This document shows, one piece after another, positions 40,023 through 52,939 of a stretch of 64,000 nucleotides of DNA. The stretch is from Proteromonas lacertae (taxonomy: Eukaryota). Positions within the stretch are counted from its first letter, which is position 1, and each line of letters opens with the position of its first letter. The position numbers and the translations under genes are program-made. The stretch covers positions 62,001-126,000 of the forward strand of contig NGBS01000302.1 in NCBI GenBank assembly GCA_002245135.1, in the 5' to 3' direction. The notes under the pieces are model-generated. The model was given only the letters and a program-made list of their open reading frames with translations. It had not been told where the DNA came from and did no database searches.

Positions 40023-42839
40023 TTAAATCATTACAATTTGAGATATTTCAATGATAGGTGATAATGTAATCCAATCATCAGTATTACTCATCATTTCATT
40101 TGCTTCTTTAAAATATTTATTATGCTGAGGAATATGATCCAATGTATATTGTGTTGTAACATGTATAGGTACTGTGTCATTAGAATAAACATAAATTTGA
40201 AATGTTTTAAAATCTACATTATTTGTGCATACTATTATAATTACTCTGTAAGTGTACATAATAATAATCTTTATCTTGTATATCATATGTGAATTTATCT
40301 AAAGAAATTGAACTGATTCTGTCTTTTGGACAAGCAATTATACACATTCCTCCATATTTAATCTTTACATTAAAATCAACAAAACGATTTCTATTCATAA
40401 TATAATTATAAAAAATATATAAATACCCTTGAATTCTGTATTTCCTTTCAAATGTAATACTTGGATATAACTCCAATTCTTTTACATTATTCTCATTCTT
40501 CAGTGATAAATAATATCCATCATAATCATAAGATGGTAAAAATAACTATTACAATATATACATATTTCTTTAATTTATACATGTTTATATTGATAATCTG
40601 TAGTTTTTCATTTCATCACCTTCTTGATTCTTCATCCAAGCATATTTACCTTTATTATTCCTAATTCCTAAATTATTTCTCATTTGCTGTATATTCCCAG
40701 TTCCATGTGGTATAATTATAACAGGAGTATCATTTACTCCATAAATATGAGATTCTGAATTATTCATATCAATCATATTGATATATGAAATAAACATCCA
40801 CTTCTTTTGGATGTGTGTTATTATATCTTGGTACAGCTATTGATACGATGAAAAACACTAGCCAAAAGAACAATCCAAATAAATAAAATGTTCTTGCTTT
40901 TTGAACTTGTGCATATGATGGTAGTGTTTGAAACAATAACAATAGAAAAACAGCCAGTGATGGGAAAAAATAAAACAATTCAACAATAATACCATTTTCA
41001 TAATTAGCAGGATAATGTGTAGCTTTTGAAAGTAAAACACTTTCTAATAAATTACAAAATGATACTGTATATAATGTGGATGGAATAACAGTAAAAGCAG
41101 CAGGAATCCATGTGAAATATTCCATCTTTGGAACATACATTGTTAATATATATTTCAAAATACCACTGAAAAAAGGAAACAGAGGATATAAAGCAAATAT
41201 TAAACCACTTCTAATACCATGTAACACTGACAATTAAAATGACAAAATTGATAATAAATGCATTTGTGAAATATAACATTATTTCTAAATCTACACCTGA
41301 ATAACCTAATTTCTTAATTGCTCTACGATAAGCTGTTGTTAAATATAACATTAACTATATTAATAATAATAATTATATATATATATATATACGCAATAAC
41401 CAGGAGGAATATAAACCATATAAGCTAACCAAGTATGTATATTCCAATACATATTAAAGAATGGAATTAAACTCATAATCACACAAATGAAAAATGAAAA
41501 AACAACACCAGCAATAAATATACCAATAGAAGCAGCTACAGTAATCCAATAAATGAATATATTAAATAGAAAATGAGGAATAACCAAAGTAAATAACAAT
41601 AAAAATCCCAATAATACAATAAGATCCAACCATATTTACAAGCCATAAAGTATGTAGTAATAAATCATGATATACCATTTCATCACCTTCTTCTTTCCAA
41701 GGGTAATTCCTTACATAATCACTCTCTAATATATCTTTAGATAATTTGAATAAAGATTCACCTAAATATTGAACACTTCCTCTTTCTATAAATACATCAC
41801 TTGTATATGGATTGTTATATAAATAACTATTCTTTATACTACTTAATATTAAACCTGGAATTTTTCTACTTTCATTATAACTTGACATATCATAATCATT
41901 TGCAGATTCATATTCATTTCCTAATACATTCTCTTTTAATTCTTTATATATTACACTTGAATATGGTCTTAACATGGAAGAATAATATTTCTTTAATAAC
42001 CATGAAGACTGTTTGTGATGTTGATATGCTAATGTTGGTCCTCCTACTCCATTATATTCGAGTAATATATATGATAAAACATCTTTAGACCAAGGATGAT
42101 AATGCATAAAATGATAAGCACCAATATTACCTGTAACTCCTGAAGCTGTAAATGCAATTATTACTCTTGTTTTATCAATATCAATTTGTGTTTTTAAAAA
42201 TGTTTGAATTAAATCTAATAATACTGACACTCCTAATAAACTACGAGTTGTTCCTATTGAATTGGGTAAATCATCATAATTTGTAGCTATTAGTATAGCA
42301 GGTAAACCATTTTGATTATCTTCATTCCAAGTTTGAACATATTTGGGAGTTAAACTTACATAAATATTGGTTAAATCTTGATATACATAAAATACATCAC
42401 CCATTTTCTTTTCACCTGATATTTTGTCTGTTACTATTGTCATATTCCAAGCAGATTTCTTACCAAATTCTTCATCTAATTCACTTAAATAATAATCTAT
42501 ATATTCAGGCAAACCTATTGAACAAGCATAAGATCCTAAAAATAGAAATATTATTTATGCTTAAAATATACCAGTAGGATGTGCACCATAATCGTCTACA
42601 TCTGTAAGCATTTTTTCTACTCTCTTTTCAGAGAACTTTCTATAATTACCATCACTTGTAGGTTGTGGTAAAACTGTCAACCAAAGACATCCATACAAAG
42701 TAGACATTCCCAACTCTATTTTTAGTATATAATTTTTATTGTAAATATACAGAATTACCATCATAACCAGCCATGCAAACCAGTGTTCACTCCATCTCTT
42801 TTTTAGGAAGAACCTTCGTATTTTATTTAGAAAACGCAT
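40023..42839 (-). CDS. M28/ERMP1-like multi-pass membrane protein with degenerate peptidase site
   Basis: FSEKRVEKML..GAHPTGS, GAYHFMHYHPW, LEYNGVGG, GSVQYLGE, MVYHDLL, then multiple TM helices. Confidence 0.75.
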
Positions 42840-42963
42840 TTTATTTTACTTACAAACTCATACAAGAGAAGAAAATTAATTTTGAAAGACAGATATACGT
42901 TGTACAAGCTTTTGGTTTGATTCTCATTTTATTTATTTGCTTTTTTCTCATTATATACAGAAT

Positions 42964-44457
42964 ATGAAGAACTTATTACGAATTGGTCTAGAAATACACG
43001 CACAGATATTATCGAAAAGCAAACTATTTGCTAGATCAGCTGCTGTTTATTGGATTGATAGACCAAATCAATATGTTAGTCTATTTGATATAGCTATTCC
43101 TGGAACATTACCCACTTTGAATAGGTTTTGTGTGGAGCAAGCAATAAAATTAGGTTTAGCTTTAAATGGTCAAATTAATAAAGTATCAGAATTTGAAAGA
43201 AAGCATTACTTTTATTGCGATCTACCGCTTGGCTATCAAATAACACAACAAAAGCATCCTATAATATCAAAAGCTTTTATAGACACAATTATTCCTAATA
43301 AATCAAACACATCCATTCCATTATATACAAAAAGAGTATATATTGATAGAATTCAATTAGAACAAGACTCTGGTAAAAGCTTAACAGATATATCACCTAA
43401 TAATACATATGTAGATTATAATAGAGCTAATATTGGTTTATTAGAAATAGTCACAACTCCTTGCTTTAATACATCCATAGAAGTAACTGCATTTTTGAAA
43501 TCACTCCAACAGATACTTCGATGTTTGAATGTATGTAATGGAAATATGGAAGAAGGATCATTAAGATGTGATATTAATGTTTCAGTTCATAAACCAATCA
43601 AAACTAAGGATGAGAATAATAATAAAGAAATTGAATATGAAAAGAGTAATAGAGTTGAAATTAAGAATTTAAATTCTTTTAAAAATATAGAAAAAGCAAT
43701 TAATTATGAATATAAAAGACAGAATGAATTAATAAAAGCAAATATAAAGATAAATCAAGAAACAAGAAAATGGAATACAATCAAAAACATTACAGAAGTA
43801 ACAAGAACAAAAGAAACACAAGTTGATTATCGATTTATGTCAGATCCTGATTTACCATTATTACAAATCTCAGATGGATGGATAAATGAAATAAAATCAA
43901 AATTACCTGAATTACCAAATCAAACATATAATAGGTTCTTAAAACAATATAAAATATCACCAGAACAAGTGTTGATATTGTTAGATAATGAAGGTGGAAT
44001 AGAATTATATGAAGAATTAGTGAAGAAATATGATTCGTCATTTTTATCCAGTTTTATAACTACTGATTATATTGGTAGATTGAGATTGTCTGATATGACA
44101 ATAAATACAAGTAAAATCAGTAAAGAGAAACTTTGTGAAATAATTGATTTGATTATTGAAAATAAAATATCAAGATTGAATGGAAAACATGTTATTGAGA
44201 AGATATTAAATGGTGATAAGAGAAATCCATTGCAGATAGTGAAAGATGAGAATATGATTCAAGTGAGTGATAAGAATTCAATAAATGAGATAATTAAGAG
44301 TATAATAAACGAAAATCCAAAGGAAGTGGAATTTTATAAATCAGGAAATAAAAGAGTGTTTAAATATTTGATGGGACAAATAATGAAGAAGTCTAAAGGT
44401 AAATTAGATCCAAAATTATCTTCAGAAGAATTAAGAAAGCAATTAGATAGTTTATAA
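42964..44457 (+). CDS. gatB: Glu-tRNA(Gln) amidotransferase subunit B (organellar)
   Basis: IGLEIHAQ, FERKHYFYCDLPLGYQITQ, IQLEQDSGK, MEEGSLRCDINVS, VEIKNLNS, DYRFMSDPDLP; intronless. Confidence 0.96.
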   Translation: MKNLLRIGLEIHAQILSKSKLFARSAAVYWIDRPNQYVSLFDIAIPGTLPTLNRFCVEQAIKLGLALNGQINKVSEFERKHYFYCDLPLGYQITQQKHPIISKAFIDTIIPNKSNTSIPLYTKRVYIDRIQLEQDSGKSLTDISPNNTYVDYNRANIGLLEIVTTPCFNTSIEVTAFLKSLQQILRCLNVCNGNMEEGSLRCDINVSVHKPIKTKDENNNKEIEYEKSNRVEIKNLNSFKNIEKAINYEYKRQNELIKANIKINQETRKWNTIKNITEVTRTKETQVDYRFMSDPDLPLLQISDGWINEIKSKLPELPNQTYNRFLKQYKISPEQVLILLDNEGGIELYEELVKKYDSSFLSSFITTDYIGRLRLSDMTINTSKISKEKLCEIIDLIIENKISRLNGKHVIEKILNGDKRNPLQIVKDENMIQVSDKNSINEIIKSIINENPKEVEFYKSGNKRVFKYLMGQIMKKSKGKLDPKLSSEELRKQLDSL

Positions 44458-44537
44458 TCGTTTAGTATGTTGATTTTATAATATACTGCATTATTTTCAC
44501 AATCGAAATATAAAAAATAAAACATTAATTGAAAGGA

Positions 44538-46765
44538 TTAATAAGATTTAGCAACTATTTGTTCTTTCATCTTCTTCTGCTGATCTCTATATATACATAC
44601 ATGTAAATAAATAATAGAATATTATACATATCAATATTCTGGAATTTCCAATTCAACATTGTCATAGGTAATATATTATCTTCTATTCTTTCCTTTCTAT
44701 CTACACGATTATATAAATAATTTTGATAATTAGCTAATTTTTCTAAGTCTTCTTCTATCTTTGATAATCTCACTTTATATCTGTTCAAAGAATCTCCTCC
44801 TAAATTTCTCAATTGTATTGAATATTCATTTAACGAGTTATTCTTCTTTCCCCAATAAGGTTGTAACTATTGTAAAGATATTAATAAATAAAAATATAAA
44901 ATATATACATTATTCATTTTATCATTTAATTCACCAATAATCTGTGTTATTATTGCTTTCTCATTCTTCAATTCATTAATCCTCAGATTTATTTCACTTA
45001 ATTTCTCTTTACTTATTATATTATCTAACAATAAATCAGTTACTTGAGAATTTAATCTTGAAGTATCATCACCATTCATCTTCGTTTGTGTTCCAATATT
45101 GTGTAAAAGTGGTTTAACTATTATACTTTCATCTCTACTCTTTGGCTTTCTCTATAATAACAAAATAAAAAAAATTATTATTATTATTAGTATATATACA
45201 GATGCAATTGCTAGTTTATTTCTATATTGTTCATTTTCTCTCTTCAATTTATTAAGCACAAAAATATATTGTTCATATGGTAATCTTCGTTCTATATCAT
45301 TTACTTCACTTTGTACATATAACAGATCTTGAACTTGCAATGGAGGTAATAATTGTCTTTGTAATGTTTGTTTTTCTTCGGATAATTTATTAATTTTGTT
45401 TTCATATTCCAATTTCATTTTACTTATATTGTTATTGATGTTATTGATATTTGATTCATTTTGTAATTGAATTTCTTTTATATTATTCTTATTCTTAGCA
45501 TCTAATTGTTGGATATAGAGTTTATATTTTGATTTTGTTTCTTCTATTACCTTTGAATAATCCATTTTCATTTTCTCTATTGTATTGTTATGGTCAATAT
45601 TTATATTACTAATTTGATTTTTGAAATTCTCTTGTAATTGGTTTATTGTACCATTTAACTCCATTACTTTCTTATTTAATTCAATTGAATTAGATTTGTG
45701 TTTATTTTTATTCACTATTTCTGTATTATATTGATTTGTAAGACTTGTTAATTCTGATTTTTGTTGCTTTGTTAGATTTGTTAATTGTTGAATATTCTCT
45801 TCATTTTCATTCAACATTTCTTTCATTCTAAATATAAATATAAATTACAATAAATATACTTTTCTATTGTTGAATTTAACTCTGTTATCTTACTATCTTT
45901 ATTCTCATTTTCAATTTCTAAATTATTCACATTTCTTGTTAATTCTGTTATTGCATTTTTATTATCTTTTATTGTATTTTCATAATCCAATATCTTTGTA
46001 TGATACTGCTCATTCTGTTCATAGGCTTGAGTAAGCTTGGTCTTATAATCAGAAATCATTTTGGTATATGTTTTACTCTTCTCCTCTATTTCTGCTTTAT
46101 ATGTATTTTCTAACTCTACTAATGTGTTTTTATTATTGCCAGACTATTTGAATACATTCATTATTAATATTATACTAAAGATTCTATTTTGGTTTGATAT
46201 GACTTCTTTAAATCTGCAATTGTCTTTTCTAAGTTTGTATTTTGTAATTTTAATTCGGTAATTTCATCAGATGAAGTTGTTTGAAGATCATTGAGAGATT
46301 TTTGAAGTGATTCTATTGTAGATTGATATTCTTTGATTTGTTGATTTGTCTATAAAACATATATAAATATTTTAAATATACTTCAGAGTTATAGCTCTCA
46401 TACTTCTGTTTATATAAAGTGATTTGATCTTTCAGATCTAAATTTTCTTACAAAATTAAAGAAAATAGAATTTTAAATGTCGAACTTAAAAGATATAGCT
46501 TGTAATTTCTGATTATCCATTGATAATTCATCATTTTCTTCTTCTCTTTCTTTTAAAACCACATTATAATTATAATCAAAATCTTCTTTAAGTCTATCAT
46601 AACGATTTTTCATATCTGTCAATGCTTGATTCTTTTTCTTTAGTTCATTGTCTAATTTAGCAATTGTCTGTTGATTTTTTTCAGTTATAGCTTTTTCATT
46701 CTTGTTGATAAATTCTATAATATCAATATTATTCCCATACCTATTAAAGATTCGTTTAAATTCAT
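44538..46765 (-). CDS. Long coiled-coil protein of unknown function
   Basis: Heptad-rich exons joined by GT-AG introns and one AT-AA intron (46448-46496). Confidence 0.65.
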
Positions 46766-46920
46766 CAAACAGATTTTTTGAAAATATGGTGTATCAAAAT
46801 ATTTTCAATAACCATTTCTTTTAAAAACCTTTTATATGGCTATATAATCATATAATCCCAATAAAAATCATTCTTATAGATATTCTTTTAAATTTTAAAA
46901 ACAGAAAAGTCACATAAAAC

Positions 46921-49564
46921 TCAAGGAAATCCAAAAAGCATCTTAAAAATCACTTCAGATTCACCAGTCAAAAACTTAGGAAATTGTACAGTCTCAGCCA
47001 ACAATGATTTCTTTGTATCAGGATTAACAATAATCAAAGGAGGGAACCATCTCTTATAAAAACTATGTAAAGTATAAAACACATTCACATCTTTATTCAT
47101 TTCTACTAATTCACAAACACTCTTGAAGAAATCAGCTCCATTACTTGGAATCAATAATCTATTCTTCTTACACTGTAATGCAATAGACATAGCTTCATTT
47201 ACTCGGTGTAATTTCAATAGAGATGATATTAATATTCTGTATTCTTTCAACAATTTGAATATACTAATACCTTCATCTTGTATTTGAGTATTATTATAAC
47301 TTATTAATAATTTAGCTAAGTTCGTGGTTGGCTTGAATAATGGCAATTGTAATAGAGTTATAAGTTCTTTTATATTGTTGGATTTATAGTATGAATCAAT
47401 GACAAGTTTGATTATTCCTTCTTCTTCATCAATTCCTAAGATTTGTAAACTTCTCAAATATTCAACATAAATGGATATTGTTAATTTTGAATATTTCACT
47501 TCATCAGGTATTTTGTTGAATACTTAAAAATAACATTAAAGAAAATAAATGAAAAATATATGTATAATAAAAATGATATTTCTTTCAATATTTCATTTTG
47601 ACATACAATAAACTTAGAATTATCTCCAAACACAGTTGTTAAAGTTCCATCTAAATATTTCTTCTCAAATTGATTCATAATATAATTATTATCTCTACAT
47701 GTCTGTAAATAGATTCTATTAATATAATGAAATTGAACAGATAAAAAAGAAATATTATTACTATGATTAGTTATTCTATCAATCAACAAATTGAATAATA
47801 TTTTCTTATTTTCTAAATTTTCTGGTCTTCTTCTTCTTAACAAATAACTCGTAATAACATTAGGAGCTGTAATATGTTGAGATACACCTTCAATATTAAT
47901 ATCTATTGAATAAATAAATCCATTCCCTTTGTCTAGAATATAAGAATTCCATAAATATAACCAATTTGGACTGTATATTGAATCTATTTTTGCTTCATCT
48001 TTACAATCAACAGACTAAATTAAATAATAAATAAAAATATATATTAAATACAATTAAAGGTGAACTAACAACATAATTATTTTCTTCATTCTTTACTACA
48101 CCTTTACTAAACTTAATAATCACTGGTCTTACTGCTTTTCTTATCAACATTAATGTAGTTTGAAATGTACAATTCAATGTACTTTGACCATTGATTGCGA
48201 TTATATAACATCCTGGTGTGATTTTTCCTGATTTCTGAGCTTGACTTGGTTCGCCATTAATACTGACAGTTCCTTTAACTAATGCTGAACAATCAAAGGA
48301 ATTGTGTTTTCTTCCATCAAAATTACCATTCATCAAACTATTCAATAATAATAATAATAACTTTATATACGCTTGATGAGTTGATTCTAAATCTAATCCT
48401 AATGGACCATCATTAAATACTTCCTCAAACTCTTGATATTCAGATTCACTATTCTTATCATTACTGTTATATGGAATAATTGTATTATCTATTAATAATG
48501 GCTCAGGTGGAATTAATGAAGAATTCTATTCAATAATAAATAAATAAATATATATATATATATATATATACAGTCTCATCATCAACTCTTAAATCATATA
48601 AATATGTTTGTTTACTGTCAGTATTGTGAATAACAATTATATTATCTACAATATTCAATTTGTATTGTCCTACTTCAGATCTATATATTTATAAATATAA
48701 TAATACAATTTATATCTTTTATATCTTAATTCTTCATCATTTCCTAATCTTGTCACTGTTAATTCAGCTTTATTTCCATTCAATTGAATACAATAGAAAT
48801 TATTATAAATCTGCTTAATAAATATCTCATACTCTTCAATTGGTCCATTCGTCATTATTGATTTGTATTTCTGTGGAATTAATTCATTGAAATAAAATTG
48901 ATATATTTCATTAGATGTACTGGAGGAGGATATTAATAAATATCTACTCTTTGAAGAAAACCAACATGAATGGACTTTTATTGCTAAAGATCTTTTCTTA
49001 TCACATTTGCAGTTAATATCATCAAACACATAGAATCTTAGTCCATTTTGCATTACTATGGTGAGGCTTTGTGATATTCTCATTCTATTGTCAGTATTCG
49101 TTACATTCATCCAGAAGAAACCATTCTCTACTATCTGATTGGTTGGATCTTTCTCACCAAGTGGATAAATACTATTATTCAATATAAAATTTATATATTA
49201 TACTGTGCTGTTGATAGATCTATTACATCTACATGGTTCGCTGATCTTTGTAAAGCAATATAATGTCTATCTAGCGACACATTTGCACTCAATACTTCTC
49301 CTGGATTAATAAAGTTAATTGGAGCAGATAAAGTTATTTTAGAAAGTCCACTTTCATTAGGTAATGTCAAAGCATATAATCTATAAATTGGAGTAATACA
49401 AAATAATATATACATATTACCTAATTTATTAATCAATATAAGTTGTTGGTTAGCCTCATCAATGTATATCTATTTGGAATAGTCTTAATAGGCAATACTC
49501 TAAAGTCTGAGAATGAAAATTTTATAGCTGACCTTTTCAACAAAGTATTCATTGAAGAACTCAT
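46921..49564 (-). CDS. RMC1/C18orf8 (Mic1)-like regulator of MON1-CCZ1 with an inserted PDZ domain
   Basis: SLDRHYIALQRS, GFFW, IVDNIIVIHN...LYD, YSPNW, YLLRRR, YVEYLRSL; PDZ-like GPLGLDL...KITPGCYIIAING. Confidence 0.75.
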
Positions 49565-49902
49565 TGTAAACACTTTTAATATTTGAATTCAAGAGAAACA
49601 GAAGATATTTGTATTCCAAAAATAATATCCGTTTCAAATGATTTTTAAATTTTGTCCTTTAATAGTAAAGATAATACAAACTTACTGTATTATTAAATTA
49701 GATTAAATTGCTTATTACTATTGTTCAGATATAGCATTAATGATTTTCTTGATTAGAATTTCAAAACTATTAATCTTCATAAAATTTGGAATTTTCTTCT
49801 TATGGAGAAAACTGCAAAGTCATTTAGACATTCATACAGCTGTATCTGGTTCAAAACAACACATTTCAAGCTACAATACCAATTTAATAGAAGACAATTA
49901 AA

Positions 49903-50720
49903 TTAATTTACTATTTTATCATGAATGCTTTTGCACATAGAGGCTATTAATTGGATGTGGCTATGAGATTGTTGAGAAGCTTGAATTGCATTTAATAAAG
50001 ATTCTTTACTCAATGCTAAGTTTGGATATTGTATTTTATCAAAAAATTGTAATAAATTCTCTTTTAATTCTGTATCAGGTGAAAATAACATATTAACTAA
50101 AAATGCCATAAATTGTTCATCAATTAACTTTATTTGTTCTTCATCGAGATTAATTAATGATTCAGTTCCTTTACGGCGATTTTTAATATTTATTGAACGG
50201 CATAACTTTTGTATTTGGGGAATGGATAATGTTTCATTATTTACATTATTCATTTTGGGGATTGGGGAAGTGGATTGAAGGTAAGTTTTAAGATATGCGC
50301 AAATGTTCTTGTAATGCAATTGAGGACCTGATAACCAGTTGATACTATAAGAATTATCACTGTTTAACTTGATAGTAAAATCTACTTTTTCATCAAGGTG
50401 ACTAAAAGGTTGATAATGGCACATAAACTAGTAACCGATAATTACAAAATATATACCATATTTTTATCACTATCAAAGTCTTTTTCTATTGGATATTGAC
50501 GTAATTCAGATAATTGTTTATTAAGATTAGATATAATGCTATCATAAACTACAGGGGCTTCTTTTTTAATTTCCGGTTTATTAAATGTAAAGGAACTACC
50601 AAAACTGTCAACTAAACCAACATGATTATCGATTGTTGCAACTGAGCGAGTACCATCACTAGAATCAGCTAATCTGGTCTTCTCAAATTTCTGATTCTTT
50701 ATTTCTTTATTATCACTCAT
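49903..50720 (-). CDS. Hypothetical protein (two exons)
   Basis: Two ORFs joined by a GT-AG intron at about 50428-50456; helical C-terminus; no firm family. Confidence 0.55.
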
Positions 50721-50823
50721 TTTATCTTTAAACTACTAAGAGGATGTAGTTATAGAAAATTGGAATAATGTATAATTAATTTCTATTTACAATGCTGATA
50801 ATTCCAGAACCCCCTGTCAGCCA

Positions 50824-52793
50824 ATGAATGGTTTTAAATTTTGTAAACTCGTTAAAGAAATAACAAAATTTCGGAATATTAACAGAATATATTTGTTAAA
50901 TCACACAAATAGCATTGGAAGGTTTATTTATAGCCCCTTGAGACAGATCAACACGTATTGAATTGAACCATCATAAAACGTAGATTGAGCTTCATAGATG
51001 ATGAGCAAAATGGCAAGTTAATGAAAATTAAAGCTTTGGGAGGTTTTAATACTGATGTTGAGCGAAATCAGACTATTCTTGATATTGTTCGTTCTTATGA
51101 TATTAAATATGATGAAGTACTTCAATTTAGTCGATATACAAAAGATAAAGATGTAATAACTGAGCTTTATAATAAATTTGAAAATACTATAACTTACGAT
51201 AGAATTGGTCTTACATTATTCATAAATCGTTATATTGTTGCTGGTGATAAAGCTAAAGCAATGGAGCTTATGCAACAATTTCTAACTATTTTTGAAATGA
51301 AAGAAGATTTATGTATTCACATTCTTTCTGCTTATGCTGAGATTGGTGATTATGAATCAGCAAAGCAATTACTTACTGAAATGAAAAGTAAATATAAAAT
51401 AGCTTACACAATAAACTCTTTAAATTTGTATTTGCGATCTTTATATAATGATCCACCTAAAGTATTTGCCGTTTATAAAGAGATTGTATCTCATGGATTT
51501 AAACCTAATTCAGACACTTGTGATCTATTATTACAAGTTTCTACAGCAAATTATCCTCATTTCTCAATCATACAGAAATTACTCAATGAATCGCTAGAGA
51601 GTCATGTATATCCATCATACGAAACATTAAATCAATTAATAATCAGATTGACCGAAAATACGACATTATTTTCCAATGATTCTCACAATGATAGTAAGAG
51701 TGATAAAACGTTAAGAGTATCTTCATCTGTACCATTAAGAACAACACTAAAACATCAATTGACAGTATTATATTATCTTCGTAAAATGAATTGCAAACCA
51801 TCTCTACCATGTTATACAAATTTGTTAAAAACATGTTCGTTATTAAATGAAACTGAATTAGCGTTATCTCTATTCGATGATTTATTAAAGAAAGGATTAC
51901 ATCCAAATACATACTCTTATACTGCTTTAATGAGTTGTTTAGCACAAAATACTGAAAGATTTGATTTGGCAGTAAAACTATTCAGTGAAATGCAAGTAAG
52001 AGGATTACAACCCAATTTAATCACTTGTAATACATTGTTATTAGCCTGTGCAAAGACTGGATTGATTGATTCAGTGAAGTTGATATTAAATAAGATGAAA
52101 GAAGTGAATATAATGCCAAATATGTCAACTCATTGTAGAGTAATATTAGCCTATGCTGAATCTGGTAGATTTAATGAAGGATATGAATATATAAATGAAG
52201 TATTGAAAGATAAAACTAATCATGAACATTATTTATTCAAATGTATTATGTATTTGTGTAGTAAAAGTGGTAATATGAATAAAGTATGTGAATATATTGA
52301 TATAATGGTTAATAATTGTGGTATTAAGTTAAATGGAAGGGAGTTATTTTCTCCAATGTTATATGTAGTTAAAAATAGGCAATTAGATATGTTGGATGTG
52401 TTTTTATCAATCTATGAACATAATCATTTGACTTTACCTAATAAGTTGCAAATACAATTATTGCAATCTTTATATGAGGATAGAGATTATAAGAATGTGA
52501 TTAAATATGCCAATATAATGATTAATAAGTTAGGAGTTGTTGTTACTTCTGCATTGTCTACTGTTATATTGAAAGCTGAGAGTGAATTGAGGAAGGTTGA
52601 TAATGAATATAATGATTCTTTGTTGAATAAAGTGGATCATCACCAAAATATGAAATCTTTCAAATATCAAGAGAATCAACCTTCGGAAACTGATGAACGT
52701 GATATATTTGAAGAAGAGGAGGAAGAAGAAAAGATTCAAGAAGTATTAACACCTGTTTTTGATGGTGTTAATCTCAATTTTGTAAAACAATAG
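50824..52793 (+). CDS. Pentatricopeptide repeat protein, likely organelle-targeted
   Basis: 35-aa repeats (PNTYSYTALMSCLAQ, PNLITCNTLLLACAKTG); basic, acid-poor first exon. Confidence 0.88.
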
Positions 52794-52939
52794 TTGAATT
52801 TTTATAATTAAGTTGTGTTAATGTTTTGTGTGTTAGTGTAATGGTTATAATCTATCTTATTAATGAATAAAGCAATTAAAATAAAAAGAGGCGTTACAAA
52901 CATTTTTGAATTTAAACGTCTAAAAACTAAACAACTAGA

